33,153 nt of DNA, from positions 1 to 33,153 of the IMG/VR virus record IMGVR_UViG_3300020045_010531, one strand, 5' to 3'. The notes under the pieces were generated by a model that worked only from the letters and a program-made list of their open reading frames with translations, made no database searches and was not told where the DNA came from. Shown here one piece after another: positions 16,285-25,015 of this stretch. Position 1 is the first letter of the stretch; each line of letters opens with the position of its first letter. Source of the DNA: a virus. Its lineage: Duplodnaviria; Caudoviricetes. Made by a program: the position numbers and the translations under genes.

Positions 16285-17102
16285 CCCTTGCCATCTCCTA
16301 GTGCTTCTTGCTCTTCTAATGTGATTTCTGGTCCATCGTTAGATATCGCTTCAATAGCCAGCGGCGCGGGTCTGTCTTCAAACGGGATAAACTCGGACTC
16401 TGTGACCTCGATTGCCTTGCGAATTTCAGCGCTTTTTGGCACGAATTTAAACAGTTTCCGCACGGAGGTTTTGCAAGCCATAGCTGCATAGTAGTTTTTC
16501 CATGGGCTGTAAGCATCATCTGCGCCTTTCGATGATTTCTTCGCATCCTCAATACTGCGCTTTGACGACAAAATAAACTTGTATCTGCCGTCCTTGTATC
16601 TAGCTATTGCATAGCTCGCCACTACTGGCCCCGGATCATCATCGCCAAAATAGGGCTCATGCTCGATGCTTGCGGCAATGCCATAGCGAAATTTGAACTT
16701 ATCCTTTTCGAAAACGGTGTAAGCATCGATAGTAACCTCGCCTGTCCGCTCAGCTAGTTCAATCATGCCCTGATAGCCGATAATAAGCTGGCATTGATAG
16801 CTACCTCGGGTTTTGTAGGGCACAAGATACGCCTGACCAAGTGATGAGCCAATTTCTAGCCCTAGCTGACATGCTTCCATTACAGATGCGAGAAAGCTTT
16901 CTCTTGAGCATTCATTGAGCCTAGGATTCTTGCGAATCTCCGTCATGATGATGCGCAACATTCGTTCAGAGTTGTTTTTCATGAAAGCGGGCAGCGCATT
17001 TTTTATTTGATCGCCCATCGCTACCACGTCATCAATTAATGTTTTCGGCTTTTGCTTGTCAGCAACTGCCCTCGCCTGGGAAGCCGGTTTGTAATCACTC
17101 AT
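16281..17102 (-). CDS. recT: RecT family single-strand annealing protein
   Basis: IRKNPRLNECSRESFLASVMEACQLGLE...GQAYLVPY...QLIIGYQGMIELA...AMACKTSVRKLFKFVPKS. Confidence 0.95.
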   Translation of the reverse strand: MSDYKPASQARAVADKQKPKTLIDDVVAMGDQIKNALPAFMKNNSERMLRIIMTEIRKNPRLNECSRESFLASVMEACQLGLEIGSSLGQAYLVPYKTRGSYQCQLIIGYQGMIELAERTGEVTIDAYTVFEKDKFKFRYGIAASIEHEPYFGDDDPGPVVASYAIARYKDGRYKFILSSKRSIEDAKKSSKGADDAYSPWKNYYAAMACKTSVRKLFKFVPKSAEIRKAIEVTESEFIPFEDRPAPLAIEAISNDGPEITLEEQEALGDGKG

Positions 17103-17914
17103 TCGTACCACCTCATCGCGTAATCTGGTAAATCTATTTCGCTAATCCCATGGCAATATCCAGGCCATTTCCCGGTTATATCGCATTCCTGCAACAATCC
17201 CAACGCATATTCAAAATCTTTTTTCGCCGCCTTTATCAGTCTTTCCGATGCTCTCCTGATAACGATGTGACAACCTGGATTCTCTGTATCGACGAATATC
17301 CAGCCAAAAGACTCGATTTCGTATTCATTTTCGTTCCACACGTGCATGTGATGCGCAAGCTGAAAATGATAGCCCATCTTGAAAATCGTGCGTGAAATCT
17401 CGCTATCACTAACACCGCGCGAAGATGTCTTCACGTCCCAAAGATCGTTTTTGCAAAGAACGTCGCTGCGGGCCTTGAGATCGTGCTTGCACTGAGTGCC
17501 GCAAAAAGCTGTTGCTTCGACTGACAAAGATTTGCTTAGGATGTCTTGCAAGCCCTTGTGATCGGCGGCGCTGCATCGTATCTGGTCAAGCTTGAGCGCT
17601 TCCGGGTATCCGAGAAAAATCTTGCCTTCGTTTTCTTTTTTAAAAGCATCCCACTTTTTCTTTCCATCGCCTTTAGCTCGATTGCCAAAATCCTCGGGCT
17701 GTAAGGCATAAAGAGAATCAAAAAGATGTGGCTCTAGTACAGCAGTATGCACCGCTTCGCCGAAAATCGTTGCATCAGTGTCTTTTCGGACTTGGTCAGC
17801 ATAGTGTTTAAAATCAAGCGGCGAGTTTAAAATTGCTTTAAGCCGCGAGCTACCTATGGCCGGGTGCGCGAGATAGTCCGCCATAGGCATATTGTAGTCA
17901 ATCATCGTAGACAC
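17099..17914 (-). CDS. RecE/exonuclease VIII-like PD-(D/E)XK nuclease (DUF3799-like)
   Basis: FGEAVHTAVLEP, KARSD...DVKT, GYHFQLAH and WPGY motifs; directly upstream of recT. Confidence 0.9.
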   Translation of the reverse strand: MSTMIDYNMPMADYLAHPAIGSSRLKAILNSPLDFKHYADQVRKDTDATIFGEAVHTAVLEPHLFDSLYALQPEDFGNRAKGDGKKKWDAFKKENEGKIFLGYPEALKLDQIRCSAADHKGLQDILSKSLSVEATAFCGTQCKHDLKARSDVLCKNDLWDVKTSSRGVSDSEISRTIFKMGYHFQLAHHMHVWNENEYEIESFGWIFVDTENPGCHIVIRRASERLIKAAKKDFEYALGLLQECDITGKWPGYCHGISEIDLPDYAMRWYE

Positions 17915-18179
17915 TCATCATCATTTGTTGAATATAAGGCACCACCATTTTCATGTTCATGTCGAAACCCTCCAAGGTTTTGAGATAAAAATAAGTTAAA
18001 GAGCGAGTTAACGCCATTTTTTGCATCATTGACATAGATATTGACATCGTCTGCGCATCGGGTTCAAGACTTGCGTTTTTCAGCATATTTTTTGATTTAA
18101 AAAATTGAGCAAGATTTGATACGAGTTCGTCAGCAAAATCTTCGCCTAACTTAATGGCTTCTTGATCGCTTTGATCCAT
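17898..18179 (-). CDS. Hypothetical protein
   Basis: TAATG coupling; Met-rich. Confidence 0.55.
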   Translation of the reverse strand: MDQSDQEAIKLGEDFADELVSNLAQFFKSKNMLKNASLEPDAQTMSISMSMMQKMALTRSLTYFYLKTLEGFDMNMKMVVPYIQQMMMSVYDD

Positions 18180-18616
18180 TATGCTACCGCCTTTAGTTGT
18201 CTTGCTAAGCGTTTTATTTCATTCTCTACAAATTTTATATCTTTGTAACTTCTGGTAAAGATGCCTTCGCCAAGTAATAAATCGATGCCAGTCTTTTCAT
18301 ATAGAGCTATGTTGCCGGGACTGAAATCGTCATAATGCGCACAATCAAACCCAAACCACCAAACATTATCATCCTCGCCATTCGCAACAATATGGCAAAT
18401 TTTTCCCTCGCAAGCCCTCGAATATGTGAGGCCGCCATGAACATCTACTTCAACCTCGTCATAGACTTTACCAAACCATGGATGATCTTTAGTCACCGCG
18501 ACATATCCGCAAAGATGGCCAGCATAATCCCGCGTCACCCTCTGTATTAGACAATCAAACCCGAGATATTTAAATTCAACGCGATCAGGCTCATTTAGCC
18601 ATGGTTTATCTCTCAT
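18179..18616 (-). CDS. Conserved phage protein of unknown function
   Basis: GHLCGYV.....HPW...VHGGLTY...WWFGFDCAH motif recurrent in phages. Confidence 0.75.
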   Translation of the reverse strand: MRDKPWLNEPDRVEFKYLGFDCLIQRVTRDYAGHLCGYVAVTKDHPWFGKVYDEVEVDVHGGLTYSRACEGKICHIVANGEDDNVWWFGFDCAHYDDFSPGNIALYEKTGIDLLLGEGIFTRSYKDIKFVENEIKRLARQLKAVA

Positions 18617-18774
18617 TTCCCATCCTCGCGAATGTATTCAGCCAACGCCATTCGCAGTACCGCGCTGACATGATTGATCCCGTCTTTCGTAGCGCGGCGT
18701 TTAGCTTTCGCCCAGTCGCTGTTACTAACCTTAATTTGAACAAAATGATAATCGGCCATTTTTTTCTTTTTCAT
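18613..18774 (-). CDS. Ribbon-helix-helix-like transcription regulator
   Basis: FVQIKV strand plus two helices (SAVLRMALAEYI); GAGGG SD; first gene of the leftward operon. Confidence 0.65.
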   Translation of the reverse strand: MKKKKMADYHFVQIKVSNSDWAKAKRRATKDGINHVSAVLRMALAEYIREDGK

Positions 18775-18796
18775 ATTTCCCTCTTGTAAAAAACAA

Positions 18797-18834
18797 TTGA
18801 ATTTCACTATAAACAAGCTTATATTGAGTGTCAA
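18797..18834. promoter_or_regulatory. Overlapping divergent sigma70-type promoters
   Basis: Minus strand: TTGACA(18834-18829)-N17-TATAGT(18811-18806). Plus strand: TTGAAT(18797)-N17-TATATT(18820-18825). Confidence 0.7.
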
Positions 18835-18855
18835 TTTAATTTAAAGGGCGATAAT

Positions 18856-19083
18856 ATGTTAGTTAAAGACCTGATTCATTTGTTACAAACCCGCGGCAAG
18901 CCTGACGACGAGGTTATGCTTGCGGCTTACAAAAATCACGAGGATAGCGTTTGTGAGTTGATTTGTGAGCTGGACACCGATTTCGATATTGTGACGAGGG
19001 ACCCGGAAGATGAGTTTACCCGGATATATCTACCAGCTGATTTGTTTGACGCATGGGACAATCATAGCCATGAGGAGATTTGA
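18856..19083 (+). CDS. Hypothetical acidic protein
   Basis: MLVKDLIHLLQ...PDDEV N-terminus common in small phage proteins. Confidence 0.6.
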   Translation: MLVKDLIHLLQTRGKPDDEVMLAAYKNHEDSVCELICELDTDFDIVTRDPEDEFTRIYLPADLFDAWDNHSHEEI

Positions 19084-19086
19084 GTT

Positions 19087-19524
19087 ATGGGGCTAGACAT
19101 GTATTTAACCAAACAAACTTACATTGGCGCTAAATACGAGCATCGCGGTATTACCGGCACTATCGATATTAGGAAGGGAGATAAAACGATACCGATCGAG
19201 TTAAATAGGGTTGCCTATATTGTTGAGGAGGTCGGTTATTGGCGGAAGGCGAATCAAATACACGGCTGGTTTGTTGATAACATACAAAGATGCGTTGACG
19301 ACGGTGAAAATTATCCAGTTAGTTATGACAAGCTCATGCATCTTAAGCAACTATGTCAAGAGGTGTTAGAGACCAGGGATTTTACTAAGCTACCGCCAAG
19401 TTCCGGGTGCTTTTTTGGCAGTGTTAAGATAGACAACGACTATTGGTTAGACCTAAAAGAGACTATTGAGATTATCAGCAAGTTAGCTTGGGACGGCGAT
19501 TATTATTATAAATCTTCGTGGTAG
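19087..19524 (+). CDS. Conserved phage protein (MGLDMYL / YWRKANQIH family)
   Basis: MGLDMYL...YWRKANQIHGWF...LP...G.FFGS...YY.SSW. Confidence 0.75.
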   Translation: MGLDMYLTKQTYIGAKYEHRGITGTIDIRKGDKTIPIELNRVAYIVEEVGYWRKANQIHGWFVDNIQRCVDDGENYPVSYDKLMHLKQLCQEVLETRDFTKLPPSSGCFFGSVKIDNDYWLDLKETIEIISKLAWDGDYYYKSSW

Positions 19525-19528
19525 GAAT

Positions 19529-19565
19529 AAAAAACGCGCCTAGGGTATGGACCTTTGCGCGTTTT
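19529..19565. terminator. Intrinsic terminator-like hairpin, probably bidirectional
   Basis: AAAACGCGC-N17-GCGCGTTTT immediately after the stop at 19524. Confidence 0.65.
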
Positions 19566-19758
19566 CTAATACTTAACTAGAAGCCTGTTTACCAAGACCC
19601 TTAAATTACATCCCTGCCAAAAAACTTTCAATAAAAAATTTTAGCTAGATTAAATCGCCCGCCTTGGGTATAGACATAAGATCAAAAGTACGAGGCCCGA
19701 AGATCCTACCAAGATCATCCGAGCCTCTATTCTTTAACCTTCGCAGAGGCCAAAGAAC

Positions 19759-20079
19759 ATGCAAATAAATACATGCGACCAATTCCCAAGTCAATTGAAA
19801 ATCCCTGAGAAGGTTATTTCAAATGAAAATTTGGATGAGGAAAACCAGATAGTTTATAACTGTTTAATTTCTTCTTGCGACGAACCCAAATTAATTACTT
19901 CATTTCGATATCAATCAATTGCCGCAAATGTCGCAATATCAGTAACTCGGACTAAAAAGATTGTATCCAACTTACTAAATCTAAGATTAATATCAATCGA
20001 ATGGATCGATAAAAAAGACAAGAAAAAGAAGCGCAGGATTTGCAGAATAAATGATATTTCCCATATTAGTTTGAACTGA
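19759..20079 (+). CDS. Small winged-HTH protein resembling an initiator N-terminus
   Basis: IVYNCLIS...YQSIAANVAISVTRTKKIVSNLLNLRLI. Confidence 0.6.
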   Translation: MQINTCDQFPSQLKIPEKVISNENLDEENQIVYNCLISSCDEPKLITSFRYQSIAANVAISVTRTKKIVSNLLNLRLISIEWIDKKDKKKKRRICRINDISHISLN

Positions 20080-20094
20080 CAATATAAAAAGTTT

Positions 20095-20125
20095 GGGCTT
20101 GTAAACTTCGCACATTTACAAGCCC
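20095..20125. terminator. Hairpin with 11-bp arms; terminator-like on the minus strand
   Basis: GGGCTTGTAAA-N9-TTTACAAGCCC, with an A-tract at 20086-20090. Confidence 0.55.
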
Positions 20126-20267
20126 GGAATCATTCAACCTACACAACAGGTCAATGACATGCCCGATAAATACAGCAAAAATCCCGATCCCGTCAAGACC
20201 TCCTTTAAAAAATCTGCAACAATAATACCTAGCAAGTCCCCAAAAATCCTAAGTACCGGAGTTTTCA

Positions 20268-21251
20268 ATGAACATTGAGGATGCCAAGAAACTATTTGGA
20301 ATCGAGAATGGCAACGAGAAGTATTTTTATGCCAAAGTCCCTCGCTGCGTGATCTTAGATAAGGTCGTCACGGACAAGGGACAGCGGCTTTACTCTTACC
20401 TAATCTCGCGCTGTTGCAACGAGGATGGCATTACCTGGGTTACGCAGGCGACCATGGCCGATGATTTGGGCATGTCTCGGGAAAGGGTCAATATCAATCT
20501 AAAGGCTTTGGTCAAGCGTGGATTGATTGAAGTTAAGAAAGTCTCGGTCCTGGCCGGATCGTCTTACGCTCAAAGGAATGTATACCGCATCTGCGATGTG
20601 GTGGCCGTATACGGGCAAGACGTGGCAAAAAAACCGTGGTCCGCAAACTCAACAGAGACACCGCATGTTACGCAAACGTCACACCCCCCTGTTACGGAAA
20701 CGTCACATACCTATGTTACGCAAACGTCACATAAAGAAGCAGAAGGTCAAGAATCAGAAATCAAGGAGAAGAACTCCCTACGACCTGCGGTCGTTCCCTC
20801 AAACGCCGTAGGCGTTGAGGTGTGTGATTCCCATAACCACGCATTTAGACAAGTGGCAGAGGAATGGCTTGAGGCCGCAAAATCGCAATCTAAACTGAAG
20901 ATCTACCCTAAAAACTGGACTGTGGATCAATATACGCAGGATCTCATTCGTACCGCCAAATTCCTGAAAAAATCCTATGATCGAGAATTTACCGCCGAGG
21001 ATATGCGCTATATCAAAGATTTCATCTTCCAGGATGAATTTTTCGTCAAAACCTCCTATGCTCCAGCCAGCCTTTTGAGAAAGTGGTCAGACGGGCGACA
21101 AAAAATCCTGTGGGTGGTGGACGCGATGAAAAACAGCAAAGCGGGGAAATATGCGCGTATGGCACAGAACATGGCCGAGGAGCTTGAGAATTACAATCCC
21201 GAAGATTGGACAACAGAAGGTCTGCTGAGGAGGGCTCGCGGTGGAAATTAG
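20268..21251 (+). CDS. Replication initiator (lambda O-like organisation, N-terminal wHTH)
   Basis: LYSYLISRC...WVTQATMADDLGMSRERVN..LKAL..RGLI; internal DNA iterons; followed by a loader-like gene. Confidence 0.8.
   Translation: MNIEDAKKLFGIENGNEKYFYAKVPRCVILDKVVTDKGQRLYSYLISRCCNEDGITWVTQATMADDLGMSRERVNINLKALVKRGLIEVKKVSVLAGSSYAQRNVYRICDVVAVYGQDVAKKPWSANSTETPHVTQTSHPPVTETSHTYVTQTSHKEAEGQESEIKEKNSLRPAVVPSNAVGVEVCDSHNHAFRQVAEEWLEAAKSQSKLKIYPKNWTVDQYTQDLIRTAKFLKKSYDREFTAEDMRYIKDFIFQDEFFVKTSYAPASLLRKWSDGRQKILWVVDAMKNSKAGKYARMAQNMAEELENYNPEDWTTEGLLRRARGGN
20666..20731 (+). repeat. Replication origin iterons: 3 x TGTTACGSAAACGTCACA, 24-bp period
   Basis: Copies at 20666, 20690 and 20714. Each is an imperfect palindrome, and an A/purine-rich tract follows. 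Confidence 0.85.
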
Positions 21252-22038
21252 GGAATTTCACGCGCTAATGATATCCGCGGCGGTTAGATTGCCAAAGTTC
21301 GCCCCTAATTTTGGACTTAAGGATGGCACGACTACTCTTTGGTACTCCGAGTTCAAAGATGTTGAGGCGTCCAAATTCGGGAAAGCGGTCGATCAAGCAG
21401 TAAGGACACTTCACGAGTTTCCATCTATCGCCAAGCTCCTAGAACTCTGCGGGGTCGTCCATCTCACACCAGATCAAGAGGCCGAGGCCCTAGCCGACAA
21501 GATCCTAGCTGCGCTACGCTCCCCGGTCAGCATACGCGATAAAAACGCCATGGTTGGCCAGCTAGGTTTTAACGTAGTGCAATCCCTAGGCGGCTGGCTT
21601 GAGATAAACGGCTCGATTGATGTTAGTAAGAGTTTTGACCAAAACTGGCTGAAGAAGATTCTCGTAAAGGAGTCTTTCGCCGAAATCAAGCGCCAAGGTA
21701 CACCGGAGGCTCTCCCAACCTTATCCCGATATACCGAGGCACTTAACGCGGCTACGACGAGCACGAACGAGAAAATACCCGAAGATATCACCCCGGAGCA
21801 AGCTCAAAAAGCTCGCGAGATGCGCAAATCTATCATGGAGCGCGTCAAGGCTTTGGGTCCGATGTCGGCTGAGGAGATGCAAGTGTACAAGCACGAGCAG
21901 GGCTATCAAACTGCTTTGACGCTAAAAAAAAGTCCGCGAATGTGGGAGTATAAATTCATCGGGGATAAATACGTCAATACGGGCGTTGAGTTGTTTGCGT
22001 GTGACGAAAATGGGCGCTTCTACAAGGATTATCTATGA
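21241..22038 (+). CDS. Replication accessory / helicase-loader-like protein (DUF6475-like)
   Basis: LWYSEFKD...AV.......FPSIAKL and VVQSLGGW motifs; overlaps the initiator gene. Confidence 0.55.
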   Translation: MEIREFHALMISAAVRLPKFAPNFGLKDGTTTLWYSEFKDVEASKFGKAVDQAVRTLHEFPSIAKLLELCGVVHLTPDQEAEALADKILAALRSPVSIRDKNAMVGQLGFNVVQSLGGWLEINGSIDVSKSFDQNWLKKILVKESFAEIKRQGTPEALPTLSRYTEALNAATTSTNEKIPEDITPEQAQKAREMRKSIMERVKALGPMSAEEMQVYKHEQGYQTALTLKKSPRMWEYKFIGDKYVNTGVELFACDENGRFYKDYL

Positions 22039-22388
22039 TATTAGTCAGCCCTGACTTAAAAGAAGCCATAAGATCGATTTCTGGAGCGCAAGAAGTCAGT
22101 ATTAACAAATTTCCTACGGATAAAGACAGGATTGTTGTTAGTTTGTTATGGGATGTGATCCTAGACCCAAGAAAAACAATATCCGACAGCGTGGATGAAA
22201 AACTAAAAGAGTTTGCGGCTGATTTTGACGCCATTGCTAAACACATTGCGAGGGCGCAAATAGCTAGTTTGAAGCGAGAAATAGAAGTTTTGAGAGAAAG
22301 TAACATAGAATGCGTTTTTGCCTACGAAGAAAAATTAAAAGAGCTAGAAAAATACAAGATTTTTTACGAGATGAATCAGAAGCACTAG
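22035..22388 (+). CDS. Hypothetical coiled-coil protein
   Basis: ATGA overlap. Confidence 0.55.
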   Translation: MILVSPDLKEAIRSISGAQEVSINKFPTDKDRIVVSLLWDVILDPRKTISDSVDEKLKEFAADFDAIAKHIARAQIASLKREIEVLRESNIECVFAYEEKLKELEKYKIFYEMNQKH

Positions 22389-22472
22389 CCAGCACCGCCG
22401 CCGAGGAAGGCTAAAACCTCGACGGCTGGCGACTTGAGCTAAAAGTATGGTCATACTAACACGGGGGAAGAC

Positions 22473-22733
22473 ATGAGCCAATTCCGATTTATCGAAGATG
22501 ATCGTACGAATCACCTGAACGGCGCTGAGCAACGAAACGAGGTCTGCTTTGCCGCAACCAGCGTTGACGAAGTCATTGCCGGGTTCAATCGGTTTCTCGC
22601 CGCGTGTGGGTATGAGACCAAAGTAGGGGTGCCAGTTATAACAGCCGCAAATACAGCGACAAATTACAATGGGTCAACCTGGTCCGTACAGCCTTTATAC
22701 GAAGGTGGGAAAATCCCGCCGGGGGGGTGCTAG
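22473..22733 (+). CDS. Hypothetical protein
   Basis: GGGGG SD; F.RFL.ACGY motif. Confidence 0.55.
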   Translation: MSQFRFIEDDRTNHLNGAEQRNEVCFAATSVDEVIAGFNRFLAACGYETKVGVPVITAANTATNYNGSTWSVQPLYEGGKIPPGGC

Positions 22734-22734
22734 G

Positions 22735-23004
22735 ATGAGTAAGAGGCGGCAGCGCAAGCTTAGGCTGGGGCAGGTTGGGTGGGTAACAAAGGTCTTCTGC
22801 ACCAATGTTTTTGGCGTACCAGACGGCCTGCATCCGATTATTCTAGACTTTGATCCATGTCCGAAGGTGCCTGCAAAGCTGTCGAATGCTGTAGATCGCG
22901 CTTATCAAGCCCAAGAAATACAAGAAAGGTATGGCAAGCTCCTTGATCAAGTGCAGGACAATGTTGATGCGATAGGCAAAAGCGGTCTCCAAATTCTAAC
23001 GTAA
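22735..23004 (+). CDS. Hypothetical protein
   Basis: Likely start MSKRRQ, 1 nt after the previous stop. Confidence 0.45.
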   Translation: MSKRRQRKLRLGQVGWVTKVFCTNVFGVPDGLHPIILDFDPCPKVPAKLSNAVDRAYQAQEIQERYGKLLDQVQDNVDAIGKSGLQILT

Positions 23005-23017
23005 GAATTTTTACACT

Positions 23018-23503
23018 ATGGCCAAGATCAGAAAAGCCCTTGATCCATCGCAAGTGACAATCGTCATCGATCAACAAGAAAAAACTCCTTGGGATATGTC
23101 ACCGTTTAAGACATTGAGCAAGCATCTTGTCACGGGCGATTACACGATTTTAGGTTTGGAGCATCTCATTTGCATCGAGCGTAAGAGTTTGGCGGACTAT
23201 TTGGGCTCGATGGGCAATGATCGGGATAGATTCGAGCGAGAATTAAAGCGTATGTTAGGATATGAGACTAGAGCTTTGATCATAGAGGCCACGTGGAGCG
23301 ATTTGGAGGCCGGAGAATGGCGAAGCAAGGTCACCCCTGCGTCAGCCCTTGGTTCCGCACTCGGATGGATTGCAATGGGCATTCCGGTCGTTTTAGCAGG
23401 TAATGCACAAAACGCGGCTCGCTACGCTAAGAAATTGATGTTTATCGCGGCGCGGCGACGATGGCGGGAACTCGTAACATTTGGCGAAGCGGCGGGGCTA
23501 TGA
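23018..23503 (+). CDS. ERCC4/XPF-domain nuclease (probable resolvase)
   Basis: IVIDQQE..P...L.TGDY...IERKSLAD...RFEREL.RM...LIIE. Confidence 0.9.
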   Translation: MAKIRKALDPSQVTIVIDQQEKTPWDMSPFKTLSKHLVTGDYTILGLEHLICIERKSLADYLGSMGNDRDRFERELKRMLGYETRALIIEATWSDLEAGEWRSKVTPASALGSALGWIAMGIPVVLAGNAQNAARYAKKLMFIAARRRWRELVTFGEAAGL

Positions 23504-23715
23504 GTATTTTCCAGTTGATACATGATTTGGTGAAAGATGAGGGTTTTTCTCCTCCCGTTCCTCATAGCTGTCAATATCAAGTCGCCGATCGGATACTTGC
23601 AGTTGTGCTTGACTGGAAAAGGCTACGGGAAATGGAACGCCAGGCCAATATCGAGGAAGCTATGGCCAAGATGGGACTACCGGAGGCAACTGAGGAGGGT
23701 CCGAGAAAGTGCTAG
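23500..23715 (+). CDS. Hypothetical protein
   Basis: ATGA overlap with the ERCC4 gene. Confidence 0.5.
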   Translation: MSIFQLIHDLVKDEGFSPPVPHSCQYQVADRILAVVLDWKRLREMERQANIEEAMAKMGLPEATEEGPRKC

Positions 23716-23921
23716 CGATGTTTTTGATTGCGGGTGTTACGCTTTTTCTCGTTTTTCAGTACACGAAAACGGATAGCAAGATTGACACAAATCTATCGTG
23801 GCGCGATGTGATGACGAGTCATGTGGACAATAACCCGATTGTGTCGATGCACTCGCTCGATACTCGCCTGGCAAGAGAGAGCCAGCGGTATCAGTTGGTG
23901 GAAGATAGGCCGCTAGATTGA
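23709..23921 (+). CDS. Small membrane-anchored protein
   Basis: N-terminal hydrophobic segment; GGAGG SD. Confidence 0.5.
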   Translation: MLAMFLIAGVTLFLVFQYTKTDSKIDTNLSWRDVMTSHVDNNPIVSMHSLDTRLARESQRYQLVEDRPLD

Positions 23922-24085
23922 AGAAAAGACAACTCAAGAAAGCGTACAAGTCTTGGTCGGTAGGAAAAAACTTGGTCTATCGATTTTTTCCCGACGGCAA
24001 TCAGGATTATCTTAAGGTCTCCACGCCATCCGGAAAGCTTTACCGCTTCAGCTGCAAACATCTTTGCGAGATCGTTTGGAAATGA
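23918..24085 (+). CDS. 55-aa basic hypothetical protein
   Basis: The TTG start overlaps the previous stop (TTGA); open to the TGA at 24085. Confidence 0.4.
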   Translation: MKKRQLKKAYKSWSVGKNLVYRFFPDGNQDYLKVSTPSGKLYRFSCKHLCEIVWK

Positions 24086-24091
24086 CATAAG

Positions 24092-24171
24092 TGCATGAAA
24101 CGTGCTAAACTCGGAGAGACGAGCGGCGTGGAAAGCTGGGAGAGAGGGTTCGATTCCCCCAAGATCCGCCA
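24092..24171 (+). ncRNA. tRNA-like structured element (T-arm plus TCCGCCA end), not a canonical tRNA
   Basis: GGGTTCGATTCCC followed by AAGATCCGCCA, preceded by three short hairpins with purine-rich loops. No cloverleaf could be folded. Confidence 0.35.
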
Positions 24172-24179
24172 AGCGTAAG

Positions 24180-24932
24180 CTAATCACAGTCCCCATTGAT
24201 CCCGCAGACCTCGACATTATGAGTTGCTGCGAAATTCTCGATCACCCGTCTATTAGACTCGGTAAACATCGGCACCATGAGCGACCACTCTTTGAGATCT
24301 CCTCTGGAATTGACCCCGACAAGCTGGTGAGGCTTTTCTTTGCTGTGAAATGCGGGTCCTCCGCTGTCCCCGCTGCATAGCGCCACGTCGCCACGTGTAT
24401 AAAACTCGCCTTTCAGAACGACATGCTTGAAATCATTAGATGGTAGCTCCTCAACTGTGGCGTTTCCCGTCCTGAGAATCCCGTCATTACCCCCGCCGCC
24501 GCCTTTGATCGTACAGCCGTACCCCGTGAGGACGATGCTTTGACCTAACTCGACGGGGACATCAGACACCGAGGCATAGGCGACATCTAAATCGTCGGTC
24601 AGCATACAAAGCGCAAAATCGACCCCATCAGTTGCATGGTGACACTGCCCCCGGAAAGGCAAATTCTGGTGTTTTGAGTAGATCCAAGTTCCATCAGCCA
24701 TACAGTGCGCAGCAGTCAGTAGCACCCTTGGACCTATTAATGTCGCAGAACATGCACTAAAATAGTTGCTGATATATACGACCTCGGGATACTCTTTATT
24801 TAGATCAGCAGTACCACCAATAAGATTAGATTTGGACTCAGCCCCTAGGGTGACTAGTGGAGCCAGGAGCGATATGACTACGCAATGCGCTGCAAACGAT
24901 TTGATCATGGTTGGCATGTCCTTTATGTTCAT
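24180..24932 (-). CDS. Secreted trypsin-like serine protease (S1)
   Basis: Signal peptide, LIGG mature start, LLTAAHC, DFAL and LCSGDSGGP give an intact catalytic triad. Confidence 0.92.
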   Translation of the reverse strand: MNIKDMPTMIKSFAAHCVVISLLAPLVTLGAESKSNLIGGTADLNKEYPEVVYISNYFSACSATLIGPRVLLTAAHCMADGTWIYSKHQNLPFRGQCHHATDGVDFALCMLTDDLDVAYASVSDVPVELGQSIVLTGYGCTIKGGGGGNDGILRTGNATVEELPSNDFKHVVLKGEFYTRGDVALCSGDSGGPAFHSKEKPHQLVGVNSRGDLKEWSLMVPMFTESNRRVIENFAATHNVEVCGINGDCD

Positions 24933-25015
24933 TGGTTTTTTGTTTTATCTTACCATTAAGGCTTAGCTAATGCAGAACGATGCGAAGAAAATCTATATTG
25001 TTGCGAGGCTTAGCG

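Noticed and set aside
20666-20731. Mini CRISPR array
   Set aside because: The spacers are only 6 bp, the repeats are in frame within the initiator gene, and there are no cas genes. These are iterons.
24092-24171. Canonical tRNA gene
   Set aside because: No D-arm, anticodon arm or 7-bp acceptor stem could be folded, so it is kept only as a tRNA-like element.
24955-24985. Sigma28 promoter for the packaging operon (TTAAGGCT...AACGATGC)
   Set aside because: The -10 match is poor and the spacing is off by one.
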